Origin: Heptranchias perlo
Lineage: Eukaryota
Assembly (NCBI RefSeq): GCF_035084215.1
Contig: NC_090360.1
Coordinates: forward strand, 10,230,001-10,294,000
Length of the DNA: 64,000 nucleotides
Direction of reading: 5' to 3'
In this document: in pieces, positions 50,867 to 64,000 of the stretch
Layout: the number at the start of each line of letters is the position of its first letter
Position numbering within the stretch: position 1 is the first letter of the stretch
Program-made: the position numbers and the translations under genes
Notes under the pieces: generated by a model
The model's input: the letters and a program-made list of their open reading frames with translations, nothing else
Told to the model about the DNA's origin: nothing
The model's database searches: none

Positions 50867-51249
50867 CTATAATAGTTTTAACACATGGATGTCAATTTAT
50901 AGATCAATGAGAGGAAATTTAAGTTACAATATAGTTAAACCAACTCACATATTAAATATAAATACTAGGTACCATTAAGATTACCAGTTAGCATTTTATT
51001 AGTTAATTTACAAAAATATTTAAACTTTAACATCATAGTTTGCCATTGTCATGCTTTATTTTCAGGCCATGGACCAACTATTGTCATAATTCAGGTACCT
51101 TTTTTAAGGATAGATATCTGAGCTCTCCCAATGGCTTGGTGACTTTATTCACCGATCAGCTGAGCCACACAAACTAGCAAGGCCCCAAATTTGAACCTTG
51201 ATATCCAGGGTTAGGTAAGGGGAGGGAGAGGGGGAATTAGCCAGAGTTA

Positions 51250-51715
51250 CATAGGAATATAGGGACAGTATTAGGCCATTCAGCCCCTCGAGCTTGTTCC
51301 ACCATTCAATTAGATGGTGGCTGATCTGTATCTTAACTCCATCTCCCCACCTTGGTTCTGTAACCCTTAATATGCTTGCCTAACAAAAATCTATCAATCT
51401 CAATCTTGAAATTTTCAATTGACCCCCAGCCTCAACAGCTTTTTGGGGGAGAGAGTTCCAGATTTCCACTACCCTTTGTGTGAAGAAGTGCTTCCTTCAT
51501 CACCCCTGAACGGCAGAGTTCTAATTTTAAGGTTATGCCTCTTGTTCTGGACTCCCCCACCAGAGGAAATAGTTTCTCTACCCTATCAAATCATTTAATC
51601 ATCTTAAACATCTCAATTAGATCACCCCTTAATCTTCTATAGTCAGGGGAATATAAACCTAGTCTGCGCAACCTGTCCTCAGAATTTAACCTGTTTAGCC
51701 CCAGTATCATTCTGG
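51250..51715 (-). mobile_element. CR1 LINE 3' fragment
   Basis: Similar to 57795-58255; CR1 tail ggccattcagcccctcgag. Confidence 0.75.
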
Positions 51716-52634
51716 TTCTTACCCCTAATTGTTTTCCAGTGACCTTTTCTAGAAAAAGTGCACATGTGGACAGGATCAGGGTTGGCCTTGATGCCTTCTG
51801 TATAATTAAGTAACTTCATTGCCACAGTTCACATGGGAATTGTGGCGGCTCAGATGCCTGTGGAATTACGGTCCAGCAAGGAGTCAGCATCCTCGGGTTA
51901 GGAAAGGATAAAAAGTAGCAATTTAAGAAAGAAATCAGCTTTAGTAATCAGCTGAGTTAAAGAATGGGATTATTTCCACAGCTTCTTATATAACTGAACA
52001 GCATTCAGACTGTTGGAAATCACATTGCTTGTAATGCTTTGTTAAAGATGAAACTGAAATAAGTAGAACTTCCATCTTCTTGGCAAAAATAAACCCAGAG
52101 ATTATTAGAACAAAGACCACGGCCACAATATGCTATAGTCAGTCTTTCACTCATCCTTAACTTACCCACAAAGGCTGCATTCAAATGAGCCTCTCAGTGA
52201 CGTCCGTTTTAAAAGATTAGCTAGCCACAACATCAATAGGCTTGAAATGGATTGGGAATTCTTCTCTCTGCTTTACATTTCACAGTTTGTTCACATCTCT
52301 GACATTCGGCTAAATAAATATGTTTGTTTTCCGAGATTTGAATGAGGCATGTTACACAAGCCGTCATCTGCAAATGTTTCAAGTGTTTTCTTTACATTTT
52401 AATGTTTCCTTGTGCCTTTCCTAATTTAAATCTCTTGGTAAAATAACAAAAGAAAAAATATTTTGCTACCTTTTTTGAGTAAAAATTATAGTTTTGAAAT
52501 TTCCTGAACTTTTCCTCCCTCAAATTTATTTTTGAAAACACAAACTGGAAATAAAATAAAACATACCCGACTCTTGTCACTAGACAATTTAATCTATGCA
52601 ATTTGTGTTTAGGAATTTGCTTGGAATTACTTAC

Positions 52635-52756
52635 TGCTGCAGTTCAGGTGGTATCTGTCCCAGGCAATGGCTGCACATGCATTAATGCTAGCCAGGGCTG
52701 CCAGAAATCCTTGGAAACCATGAGTCTGGCAACCTTCAGATCCATAAGGCCAGTAC
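52635..52756 (-). CDS. RGR: RGR opsin exon 3 (122 bp)
   Basis: YWPYGSEGCQTHGFQGFLAALASINACAAIAWDRYHLNCS (DRY motif); cag/gtaagt. Confidence 0.95.
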
Positions 52757-52784
52757 CTGTGAGGGAAGCAAGCAAGAGGTGTGT

Positions 52785-53085
52785 CTGGGGGAGACCAAAA
52801 CTCAGGGCCATAAATATAAGATAATCACTAATAAATCCAATAGGGAATTCAGAAGAAACTTCTTCACCCAGAGAGTGGTAAGAATGTGGAACTCGCTACC
52901 ACAAGGAGTAGTTGAGGTGAATAGCATAGATGCACGTAAGTGGGAAGCTAGATAAACAAATAAGGGAGAAAGGATTTGAAGGATATGCTGATGGGGTTAG
53001 ATGAAGAAGGGTGGGAAGAGGCTCACGAGGAGCATAAATACCAGTTGGGCCGAATGGCCTGTTTCTATGCTGTACATTCTATGTA
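52785..53085 (+). mobile_element. CR1 LINE 3' fragment filling most of RGR intron 2
   Basis: EFRRNFFTQRVVRMWNSLP; tail gggccgaatggcctgtttct. Confidence 0.8.
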
Positions 53086-53126
53086 ATTCCATGAAACCAA
53101 ACTGAAAGACTGATAACCATGTATAC

Positions 53127-53283
53127 CTTAAAAAGCTCGAGAATGCAGCAACAAATGCATTCAAGCAGATTCCGGAGTCAGATACAGCCAAGCTGACTAC
53201 TAGGAGATTGCTTGATGTTTGGAGTTCTTTTATCTTATAAAAAGACAAAATCGTTATCCCATTCAGAAGCAGCCCAACGAGAG
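53127..53283 (-). CDS. RGR: RGR opsin exon 2 (157 bp)
   Basis: ALVGLLLNGITILSFYKIKELQTSSNLLVVSLAVSDSGICLNAFVAAFSSFLR; cag/gtatac. Confidence 0.95.
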
Positions 53284-53981
53284 CTGTGGAGCAAATCAGA
53301 GAAACAGAAAACCTGAGGATGGGTTCAAACGGCAAAGCACAAAATACTATTGTTACCTCGGGACTCGATTACAAAGTTGTAATGACACTTTTGTTTTTGC
53401 ATTGATGAGAAGCAGAAACTATTTCAGATCATTGCAGGACAAGTGTACTTTTAACAATGTGTGTATGCAGCACAATGCAAGTAAAATACATATTGGATAA
53501 TGTGGAAACAGAATACGTTTAGTTCTCTTGCATCTGCGCTCTCTCACGTTTGTTATGCAATGGAACAGTAAAATGAATCCAAACCTTATTGCATTGAAAT
53601 ATACAGATTTCCTGCCAACACAGCTTTCAGCCCATATATAAAATATATGCAAATTAACACCAGACATACACAGCAGAAAGTCCCATTGCAGCTATGGAGT
53701 TTTTTTTGGCTGTACCCATCTTTGTGCAGACACAAAAGTCGTGGAAGTAAGCATTCTTTCTCTTTCTACACACACATTCACACACATATGTTACATGCAC
53801 TCACATAACCCTCAAATGTGCATACGTGCATGCATGCAAATATGCTCACACACACAGATGTTCAGGTGCATCACACTGTCACTGTGACTAAAACAATTGA
53901 TCTAATGTACACTCAGGTACATCTTTTACCAGCTTCTGTGAAATCAAACGAGTCTCGGAAATTAACCTCCCGAAGTTTTAC

Positions 53982-54060
53982 CTTCCAGTAACAGAGCAGT
54001 TCCTAATGCGAACACTTCCAGCTCACTGAATCCTTCAATTAAGGGATTGGAAGTTACCAT
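53982..54060 (-). CDS. RGR: RGR opsin exon 1 (79 coding bp)
   Basis: MVTSNPLIEGFSELEVFALGTALLLE; G|gtaaaa donor; the seven exons sum to 888 nt = 295 aa + stop. Confidence 0.93.
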
Positions 54061-55399
54061 CTTTACTCTCTGGCAGCGCAAGAACCCAACTTGTTCCCTT
54101 TAACACTGCTTACCAAAAAAAAAGTCGTTTCTTAAAGGCATTAATCATGCATGGACATATGCCAGTTGTTTACGTAAACTCTGGGCGGGGGGTGAGGGGG
54201 GGAGAGATTTAGCCACTTACTTTGCAATCCTGAAAAGAATGTCTTATGACTGCAGTGTACTTGCAGACTTTGAAATATATTCACTAAGTTACAACAAGGT
54301 CTTTGTGAAGAAGCATAATTCAAAGTTGCTGTGGTGAGGGTTGCAGTCAGAAGTCTGTAGTTCCATTCAGTTACACCACTGCTTTTATACAGAGGCAATC
54401 TTTAGCAGCAATTCTCCCAATTTTGTAAATAATCTTACCCGATAAAGATATTTACTTCAAATACCAACAAGCCTGCTTATCTAAAGGATACATTTAAATG
54501 GTTAATATTGCTTAACGTGTTTAAGATATTCTGTTAGATTGGTTTAGATCCTGTTATATTATCAATAGTGATAGTTGATGAAGAGCCAGCCTGTTTTTGA
54601 AAATTAGCTCCACTCTTGTTTTGTTGTACTTTGTTACAGTCACTTCCCTAATGAATTTTCCAACACATAAGATCCCATAACACTTTCAATAAAGCTAGAG
54701 TTTTACTGCATGTCTCCACTACCAAATTTTGCAATAGTTTTGGCATTTTGTGTGAAGTGTGACACCACCTGGGAGAGGTGGTCCCATACCATCATTGCTG
54801 CCCATCAACTACAGTGTAGCTCGCAGCAAATGCGCACTCTTTCGTAAGTGTGAATAAAGCACCAGGCAGTTGGCCACAGCAATCGTGGGCAACAAAAGGC
54901 CTCAGCTGCATGAGCAAAAAGGACAAATATCTTATTCTCAAATGAAACTGCAAACAGTGAAAGTCTGGGCAAGAAATATTACAATGGAGTCTCATTGAGC
55001 ATGTCAAAACGTATCGAGACAAGTGTATGCACATTGGTTTTGTGCTCCAGTAAACAGGTGAAGGGCTGTAGGAATCAGAATGACGACCTTAATGAAGTGG
55101 TATGAAGTGGACAATACAACTCCACACACTCAACATGCACTGTGTCAAAAATGGTACAGGTATTGTATCAAGAGCAGCAAGAAACAGGTGAAAGAAAATA
55201 AACACATATAGAAATGAATGAATAGATAATAGAGCAGTACAATACTTCTCTATGTAACATAATGTATTCACAATATAACACACACAAGATAATCTATATT
55301 CTATAATACAGATTATATTTTACACTTTTTTGTGTCACAAGGCGTGTCGAGGATCACAACTCCTGAAAACCCTTTTTTTTGTGATCTGCTATAAATAAA

Positions 55400-55800
55400 C
55401 AACAACTTGCATTTATATAGCGCTTTTAATGTTGTAAAGCATCCCAAAGCGCTTCACAGGAGCATAATCAGTCAAAAATTGATACCGAGCCAAAGGAGAC
55501 ACTAGGACAGGTGCCCAAATGCTTGGTCAAAGAGGTTTTATTTTAACAATGTCTTAAAGGAGGAGAGAGAGGTGGAGTGGCAAAGAGGTTTGGGGAGGGA
55601 ATTCGAGAGCTTAGGTCCTAGAAGGCTGAAAGCACGGCTGCAAATGGTGGGGCAAAGGTGGTGGGAGATGCACAAGAGGCCAGAGTTGGTGGAACACAGA
55701 ATTCTCGGAGGGCTGTAGGGATGGAGGAGCTTACAGAGATGAGAAGGAGCGAGGCCATGGAGGGATTTGAACACGAGGATGAGAATTTTAAAATCGATCT
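55400..55800 (-). mobile_element. L2 LINE 3' end
   Basis: FKSLHGLAPSHLCKLL..RAFSLLGPKLSNSLP..FKTLLK; (aac)n tail. Confidence 0.8.
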
Positions 55801-56202
55801 ATTGGGGTACCTGGATAGGAACCAGGCAACGGCAGTCCCACTCAGCTGGACAACACTTTGTGGTTTGCTCCCAGGCTTTCCTTCACGCTGTTGAATTCCC
55901 TGCTCCCCAAGCCCTCCTCTCCTGCGCTCTTCATCTTGGTCCCATCTCATTGCCACTGATTTTTCAGGTAAAGTTGGTGCCTGATTTGTACGACAAAGAG
56001 TGTGTAAAAGTTAGGACCCTTGTAATAATTGCTTTACTTTTAAGTGATTCACATGCGGTCCTGAAAAATGAAGTACAACATTGAATCGAACATAGAGATA
56101 CTCGAGGAATTATGTTTGGGCATTGCTCACAAATCAATCATCTGTTTTTGGCATAAGGTAAGTAGCGTATTTTTTTTCAATGGAACATAAAACAATCAAG
56201 TA

Positions 56203-56372
56203 GGGGTAATTTTGACTTTGTGTGATCGTGTAAAACGGGTGATAACGAATCAGCAGCCTGTTTTACATCTCTCCATTGAAGTCAATGGAAATAAAAAGCA
56301 GGAGAGATGTAAAACAGCTTGCCAATTCGCCCTCGTCCATTTTACACTATCGCACAAAGTCAAAACGACCTC
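56203..56372. mobile_element. Palindromic MITE (Harbinger-like)
   Basis: Long imperfect inverted arms (ttttgactttgtg / cacaaagtcaaaa; gttttacatctctcc / ggagagatgtaaaac) and internal palindrome ccattgaagtcaatgg. Confidence 0.75.
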
Positions 56373-57794
56373 CAATGTTTCTTTGATTAGATGAACCAAC
56401 ATTTGAATCAGTCAGCTATACGTTTTCTACACAATTCCTCTGGTGACTTGATAACAGCTTTCCAGAATGCACGAGCTGCATTTAGTTCAATGTACAACAC
56501 GCCCAGCTTTACTGAGGAAAGAGTTAAAACTAGTGAACTCAGCTTAGTTCAGAATGTTAGTGAATTGTCCTGTAATTAAATGCAATCTAAAGAGTGTTTT
56601 GATTAACTTAAACTAGGTTGGTAGTTTTCATCAGGTTTGATTTTACAGTAAGCATTTGTGAATCACAACAAAAGTGCAAAAGCAACAGATTTGTGGAATG
56701 TCCTTTCATTTGACTTAAAGTCTGCTTGAACTGATTTGTAAGTGAATGATAATGGAAACAATGTTTGTTTATTTAAATGGATTGGACTGGGACAATAAGA
56801 ATAACAACAGGACCAAAGAAAACTGGAAGGCATTTAATGATACAGGATGTGTTGATGTAATAAAGATCCCACAGATCTTTCTCTAATGTCACAACGATTC
56901 TTGCCAATGTTCTGCTCTACATTTGGAGTCAGAGGTGAGCTAGGTTTTTTGTTGCACTGATGCCAACATTGCAGTGTGATACTGGTGGCGCCAGCTTGTA
57001 TTGAAATAGTCCAGACCAGCTCAAAGAATTCGCATTGGACTGTTTTCACATTGCACCAACAACAATGTAACTGCTGCTGGTATGAAGCTAGTTGTTTCTA
57101 AAAACCTCTTAAAACTTAGGTGGCCTTCTGTTTTACTATTCTATTTGTTGCCAGTTAAAATTAGATGTCTTGTCTCCTGGCAATACTTGATGCTGACACT
57201 GGGTGACCAAAATGGAAATTGTGTACTGTTCCCTAGCACTCTTGCTTTGATGAACATAAAATTCATGAAAAATTAAAATGCCAAATAAACTTTTTGTTCT
57301 GTAATTCTTCTACTTATACAAACATATGATAGTGATGGTGAGGAAAAGACCAGCTGGTCCATCGAGTCTACCCTACACAGTCATGATGCCTTTAGCATCA
57401 TGATCCCCAACAACCCCCACCCACCAGCAGCCATGTAATCTCAGCAACACAGCAGTTATAATGCTTGATAATTTTCGAAACCAAGAAAAAAGATTTAGGG
57501 AACATTGTGGAAAGGAAGAAATATTCAAGGGCTCAATAAAGAATCATGCTTTCTTTAAATAAAAGAGGATGGAAACGGTCCCTTCTACTGTTTAATTGTA
57601 TCAGGCTGGTAAAATGGGCTAGGGTTATAGGCCATATATGTTGTAGTCACAAGATCCTCAGACCTTTAGGATTTGCATTTTCAGAGATCATGCAGTGGAT
57701 GAATAGATCAATGAGTATCTTGCTGTTTCTAGAGTGTCCTGGAAGACAGGCAATACTTTTTTAAAAATTCATTACCGGGATGTGGGTGTCATCG

Positions 57795-58255
57795 AACAAA
57801 AGAAAAAAGAGCAGGAGTAGGCCATACGGCCCCTCGAGCCTGCTCTGCCGTTCAATAAGATCATGCCTGATCTTTGACCTCAACTCCACTTTCACGTCCG
57901 ATCCCCATATCCCTTGATTCGCTTAGAGTCCAAAAATCCATCAATCTCAGTCTTGAATGTACTCCAAGACTGAGCATCTACAGCCCTTTGGGGTAGAGAA
58001 TTCCAAAGATTCACCACCCTCTGAGCCAATAAATTCCTCCTCATCTCGGTGCTAAATGGCCGACCCCTTATCCTGAGATTATGCCCCTTAGTTCTAGACT
58101 CTCCAGCCAGGGGAAACAACCTCTCCGCATCTACCCTGTCAAGCCGTCTAAGAATTTTATACGTTTCAATAAAATCACCTCTCATTCTTCTAAACTCCAG
58201 AGAATATAGGCCCATTCTACTCAATCTCTCCTCATCGGACAACCCTCTCATCCCA
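57795..58255 (-). mobile_element. CR1 LINE 3' fragment inserted in a SINE tail
   Basis: ORF 57892-58260 PGMRGLSDEERLSRMGLYSLEFRRMRGDFIETYKIL..WNSLP. Confidence 0.88.
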
Positions 58256-58682
58256 GGCAAGCTAGCAAGACTGATATTTATTGTCCATCCCTTGTTATCC
58301 TGAGAAGGTGGTCGTGGGTCTTCCTTTTGAACTGGTGCAGTCAGTGTTTTATTCTTGTGATTCTTTGTAGGTCACTTCAGAGTCAACCATGTTGGTGTGG
58401 AACTGGAGTCATATTTAGGCCAGACCGGGTAAGAACAGCAGGATTCCTTCCCTAAAGGACATTAGTGAACCAGTTGGGTTTTTACGACAAACCGACAGCT
58501 TCATGGTCACTTTTTACCCATACCAGCTTTTTGTTTCCAGATTTTTATAATTAAATTCAAATTCTCAAACTGCCATGGTAGGATTTGAACTCACGTTTGA
58601 ATCCACATGAACTCAGGTGGATTATTGGTCCAGGCTTCTGAATTACTAGTCCAGTAACATAACCATTACACTACTGTACCCG
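58256..58682 (-). mobile_element. tRNA-derived SINE (family of 50270-50680)
   Basis: Reverse-complement similarity to 50270-50680; its extreme tail appears displaced to ~57770-57793. Confidence 0.75.
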
Positions 58683-59329
58683 TATTCTCAAATCGTAATT
58701 ACAGTATTTAGAAGACTTCTTCTGCGCTTCGAAATGTTAATCGCCCTGCCTCCACTGCCCAGCCCTAATCTTTGGAATTATATAAGACATCTGACAAGCT
58801 TTAATAAAAAAAATTTAGCTAAGGACAGAGAACACTGCAGGCAGATTTAATCAGTACCTTGAATTAATAGTCACTAAAGTATAAATTAAATTTTAGGTCT
58901 AATAAGTAATATTAACAAATATTGGATAAAATGTACTATTTGATGGAGTGTAACTGTGAGCCTTAGCTTAAACAGACCCATTTGCTGCATAAAGTAATTC
59001 CACAACTTAAGGCAGATCAGCACTGAACCAATTCAATAATGTTTTTAAAACCCCTTTTTCCATTTCCCTTTTCCAGAAAATATATTTGATTGCTTAGGAT
59101 GCTCGCCGGGCACTAACTGTCCAATACACTAATGGTGGTAGATGGTAGCATTGACTGACTAAGTACAAATTATATTGTACCTATGCAAGCCTGTTTCTAA
59201 TCATGGCTGCTTCCTGTTTCTGTTTTGACAGTCTTGTTCTCTTATTGTCAGATAACCTGTGAGGATAAAAAAAAGAGAATAAACGAGTTACCTGTTTTAT
59301 TAGGAAAGAAGCAATGAGTAAAGAAAGAG

Positions 59330-59768
59330 AAAGAACTTGCATTAATATAGCACCTTTCAGGACATCCCAAAGCACTTTACAGTCAATGAAATACTTTTGA
59401 AGTGCAGTCACTGTTGTAATGTAGGAAACGTGGCAAATAATATGCACACAGCAAGTTCCCACAAACAGCAATGAGATAAATGACCAGACAATCCATGTTT
59501 TTAATGATGTTGGTTGAGGGATAAATATTGGTCAGGACACCCGGGAGGACTCCCCTGCTTTACTTTGAAATAGTGCGATGGGATCTTTTACATCCACCTT
59601 GGTTTAACGTCTTAATCGAAAGACGCCATCTTCAACCCTGCAGCACTCCCTCAGTACTGCACTGAAGTGCCAGCCTAGATTATGTGCTCAAGTCTCTGGA
59701 TTATGGCTGAAACCCACAACCTTCTGACTCAGAGGCAGGAGTGCCACCACAGAGCCATGGCTGACACC
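59330..59768 (-). mobile_element. Deu-domain SINE, second copy
   Basis: Reverse-complement similarity to 16130-16558. Confidence 0.75.
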
Positions 59769-61404
59769 TCAGTGACAGATGGACGCCTCCCTCAAAAATT
59801 AATGTTACTGCAAGGAAAGTTCAGAGTTAAAATTACAGATGGTACAATTTAACAAGCCACATTTGAAACCTTCACGTCACCATTGGAAGTATTTGGTCTT
59901 TGGTTCCTTGAGTGTAATGATTATACTGTTAAATGCACATGGCACAGCATGTTAGTTTGCCAGCCTACTGTGCTACGTGTAATGGGAAGATTTCCAACTC
60001 ACCTTGTGCAATCAAACTTAGCTTTATTATCAGAGGAGATGTGCAGCAGTCTAGGCACTTCTATCGAAAGAGGAAGGTGGATGGTGGGTTACTTGAAGGT
60101 AATCTTGTGGTTCTCATAGCAGTCAGACCAAAGACAGCAAGGAAGGAGCTTGGATCAAATTGTTATTCACTCAACCAGGAAGTATTGCATGCTGAGAAAC
60201 ATTTCTGTACTATGCAGAAAGTATTAGTATATTTAGGAAGGGAAGGGTAAGCATTTGTACATTTAAAGAACTTGACCTAACTTCTGTTGGCTTGTCCAAT
60301 GTCATTTGCATGTGCATGGTCTGTGATAATTTAACTGTTCTCAGCTGGGGTGGTAGTAATGGGCACTAAAAGTGGCCTCAACACTCCTGGTTTAGGGTAT
60401 GGAAAAATCGCCAGGGTTACGGCTTCTACTGGAACTTTGACCCTTGCTGCAACTATGGATGTGTGGATTTTATGTGAAGGCAAGATCGGGCTGTGTTGAG
60501 ATGTTCCCCATGGTCAATACTTACTGTCAAGACTCATATATGAATAATAGCCATTGGGCCAGTCACCAGTGGAGAGACCAGCCCTAAAGAATTGTGAGGA
60601 GTTGGTGGCTTCAAGAGAGAAGGTAAGTGGAGAAAAATTGCCAGTGATAATAGGCAGCTAAATTAATTTTATAAACTTATGTGCTACACTATTGGCCAAA
60701 GAATGTTTTGATTATTGAAGTGCAACTGGTGTGAACGCTTAAAAAAAAAAATTATTTGCACTGACCAAATGTTTTTTACTGTCAGTCAAACTCTGGGAAT
60801 AATCATATGACCATACCATGTGAATGAGATAATCCATCTCTACACTATATCTCAGTGAAATCAGATTTCATTCAAATAAGTATGCTTTCTATAAATTGCA
60901 AAATAACAGATGTGGACCATCATTTGGTTTGGAATTTCAGATATGACTGAGCAATGGGTCAGATTAAGGAAATCATAACTTGAGATGCAATTTGTGATAG
61001 GAGTCTGTACCATATTTGTAAAACTGATGCAGAACTGCAATCCTTTTACGTACTTTATACCAGCTACATTCATAATCAAAAGTTGCTGAACACAAAATAT
61101 TATTAATCTCTTTGCAGAGGTTAACATCCAGAAGTAAAATCATAACCACCAAGCAAAAAATCATAGACAATAGTCTAGATTGGAGCAAGGCTAGTCTTGA
61201 GGCTAGTTAAGAGAGTAAAACAATTTGTTTAAAAATTTTTTTTTAGTTATTTTACTCTATTTGGTCGATGCAGTAAGTTGGCAAAAGTAGTTACTTCAGA
61301 TAAATAAAGTTAACCAAAGCAAAAGGTAAATTGTGACTTATGAGACAAAACTAGATAGTTTGAGACAGATGAAAAATACTGATGGTTTGGTCTTTGGGAA
61401 CACA

Positions 61405-61650
61405 ATATCAGTATCTGTTGATGACACAAAAGTAGGCAGTTTGGCAAACAGTGAAGAGGACTTCAAGAAGACACAGAAAGGTTAGTGGAATGACCTAACT
61501 AGTGAAAGATGCAATTTAATGCAAAGAAGTATGGGGTGATGCATTTTGGAAGGAAAAACAAGGAAACAGAGTATGCATTCAATAGAAAGATGCAGCCAGG
61601 TGTGCAGGATCAGAAAGATCGAGGGGTGTAAATATTTAGACTCTGAGAAA
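61405..61650 (+). mobile_element. Old CR1 LINE fragment
   Basis: DDTKVG..MQFNAKK..VMHFGRKN motifs. Confidence 0.6.
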
Positions 61651-63159
61651 GTAGGTTACCACAGTCATTTCCAGCTGGGTTTGCCAGGGCCTGCAGCAAT
61701 GCTTTATGGCATCTTGACAGGCGTGGCCAAACAGACACCACTGGCTCCCGATCACACTGGCATGCCATCTTTCATAAAATACCGTGCTATGATTGGGAGG
61801 CTTCTGAAGAACTCTTTAGCACAATGGTTAGACAGGCAGTCACATCTCATTGTGCTGCCACTGGGAGTTCTGCTCATGCAGATATCACTGGGAAGAGGTG
61901 CCTCCACTGACGATGCCCTTCCAAAGTGAGGTTTTTTACTTCTTTGCAGCTGTTGGGTTGTAGGTGCGGACAGAGCACCCCTCGGGAAGCCTGCCCTGCC
62001 TGGCATCCTTCTGCTGATCCGAACAGCTCACTTTGAAAGATTCCTGGTGGCAAACGCTCTGGTGCCAACAAAAGGCACTTTTTCTTTTATTCATTCTCCA
62101 GGAAGGCCGGCATTTATTGCCCATCCCTTGTTGCCCTTGAGACTTGTGGCAAAATAAATAAATAAGTAACAAACTACACCTGGCACTAAGGCTCGTGAAA
62201 GCCTAAATGCCATATGTGAACAAAAAAAACACAAGAAGTGCGTTTAAAAGGCCGAATGCACTTACCTTGAAAGTGTGCGTGCCTTTTAGATGTCCTCCCA
62301 CCTGCAGGTATGCCCGAGGTCTTGTCCTTCACCAGGTTTCACTGGCGTGCTGGATACTTGCCGTCCAGCATGCCCCGGGACCAAATATGACATAGAGCCA
62401 TTCCACACACTCCTTTTAAATATGGTGATAAAGCACTGGCCTGTTTCCAGCAGACGCTTCAGATGCCTGTACTAGGCCCTGACTCAAATATCAAGAATGG
62501 CCCTGACTGAGCGGGAACCTGGGAGAACTCAGTTCCACTGGATTTTCATTCCTCCTCCATCATGCCAAAATAGGAAGTTAACGAGATGAAAATCACCCCC
62601 ACTGTTTCTACTATAATTCCTAAATATATTTTTGTAAAACTTTTGTTCAAGACTATGATGTTAATGAAAACATTGTGTCACTCTTGGACTTGTTTGTTGC
62701 TTTTGTGACTTATAATAAGACGTGAATAGGGCTGCTTGCCAACTATACTACGCACAAGATTTACCTTTGGTTTTGTAGAAGTTGAACTGCCTATGCCATT
62801 TAACTGATACAAATAACGAACAGTGTTTTAAATTAAATATATTTAACATATTGCTTTAGTTTCAGAATCATAGAATGTTACAGAAACAGCCCATCAACTC
62901 TGCACTGATGTTTTGCTCCACGTGAGACACCTAATCTAATCCCGCTCTCCTGCTATAGCATCATTGAATTTCATCTCTGCGTTGAATCATTTCTCTGCAA
63001 TTAAATGTTTATGCCTTTAAAGAGAAGAGAATATGACTGGGACAATTCACACACTTGCATGTTATTTTTTCTCGATATAACATTGTCCAGAACATGTGCC
63101 ATTCCCACGCTTGCAGGAAGCAATAAGCACCTAAGTGAAAATAACTAAAAAGCCCTCCT

Positions 63160-63165
63160 TAATCC
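63160..63165 (+). promoter_or_regulatory. Candidate OTX/CRX site (TAATCC) in the LRIT1 proximal promoter
   Basis: K50 homeodomain motif ~150 bp upstream of the ATG of a retina-expressed gene; the motif is short and could be chance. Confidence 0.35.
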
Positions 63166-63308
63166 ATTTCTATCCTTTTTATCTCAGGATTCGCTCTGTA
63201 GCAGCTGAGCACTGTGGGATTGTGAGCCATGAAGACAGGGAGATGCTGCTGATGTGGAATTAAGCAGGACAGACCTTCAAATCACCAGTGCCGTGACCAG
63301 CAAAGAAA

Positions 63309-63430
63309 ATGTCGCTCAAAGTCTGGTTGCTTTGCTTTTTGTGTTTTGGATATCTAGCTATAGCATTCTCCTTGTGTCCTTCCCAGTGCATCTGTACCTT
63401 CCAGAGTCGCAGTGATGAACTCAAGACAAG
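63309..63430 (+). CDS. LRIT1: LRIT1 first coding exon (signal peptide + LRR N-terminal cap); rest of gene beyond window
   Basis: MSLKVWLLCFLCFGYLAIAFSLCPSQCICTFQSRSDELKTR, donor AG|gtatct; CPSQCxC cap; head-to-head with RGR as in the human CDHR1-LRIT2-LRIT1-RGR cluster. Confidence 0.8.
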
Positions 63431-64000
63431 GTATCTCACCATTTCAAATATGGTCTTAGATTGGGAGGGGCGTATAATTCTTTGACAAATTCATACTGAA
63501 TATTTGTACAGCGGAAATTCTCCTTTGTGAAGCTCCACACACTTTATTTACCATCTCCAATGTTCAACATATTTACTTGCAAAGAGATTCATTTTGGTTG
63601 TGTTCTTTTAATCTGTTTCGAGTGACTATATTTGATTTGGTTCCCGGGATAATGTCAGTGTATATGTATTTTGTACTGTGGTAAATTGTAAACTATCGTT
63701 GTGTATTTCTGGAAATATTTTACAATGCTCAAAAAACACTTTCTCACGAGGACAATTTTGCTGTGTTTCAGTTTCTTAAATCCTCTACAGAATATTTAAT
63801 CTTTACCATTATAAATTTTTTTCAGTACAATTCACTTTGCACCTCATCTGTATTCTTAACAGTATGTGTGATTGTGTGGTGAGACACATTTGGTAGTAAA
63901 GCAAGGTTCTGCCCTTGTTAAAGTTGAAACTTAAATTTGTGAATTTTCTATTTGAGAGTTCCTGACTTTGTATGTTTCTACACAGCTTGTGCTCAAGATG

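Noticed and set aside
61660-62600. GC-richer segment with ORFs and a Harbinger-like end (gaaaatcacccc)
   Set aside because: Probably a degraded non-autonomous DNA element, but the matching left TIR could not be defined; not called.
62931-62943. Tandem TAATCT/TAATCC CRX-like sites upstream of LRIT1
   Set aside because: They fall in what looks like a CR1 tail remnant, so regulatory meaning is unsupported.

Overview
Eukaryotic vertebrate DNA, most likely a cartilaginous fish (shark/ray): the VAChT protein closely resembles Torpedo VAChT and the repeats look elasmobranch. Gene content, left to right: (1) the 5' half of choline acetyltransferase (CHAT, minus strand; five internal exons plus a likely first coding exon; later exons lie left of the window); (2) the intronless vesicular acetylcholine transporter SLC18A3/VAChT (11991-13586, minus), upstream of the CHAT coding exons as in the classic cholinergic gene locus; (3) a near-perfect RE1/NRSE silencer at 31498-31518 inside a CpG-retaining island; (4) a complete 7-exon RGR opsin (40584-54060, minus, 295 aa, Lys255); (5) the first coding exon of LRIT1 (63309-63430, plus). 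Mobile DNA includes the 3' end of an LTR element with a decayed env/fusion-like ORF, a full-length but decayed two-gene PIF/Harbinger transposon, CR1/L2/Tx1 LINE fragments, SINEs and a MITE. The most unusual structure is three fold-back insertions (10478, 22542, 32957) from two families. Each has a minimal hammerhead-ribozyme motif at its centre, which points to Penelope-like non-autonomous elements. All calls were made by eye. Exon and hairpin coordinates were counted from the sequence; most repeat boundaries are approximate.
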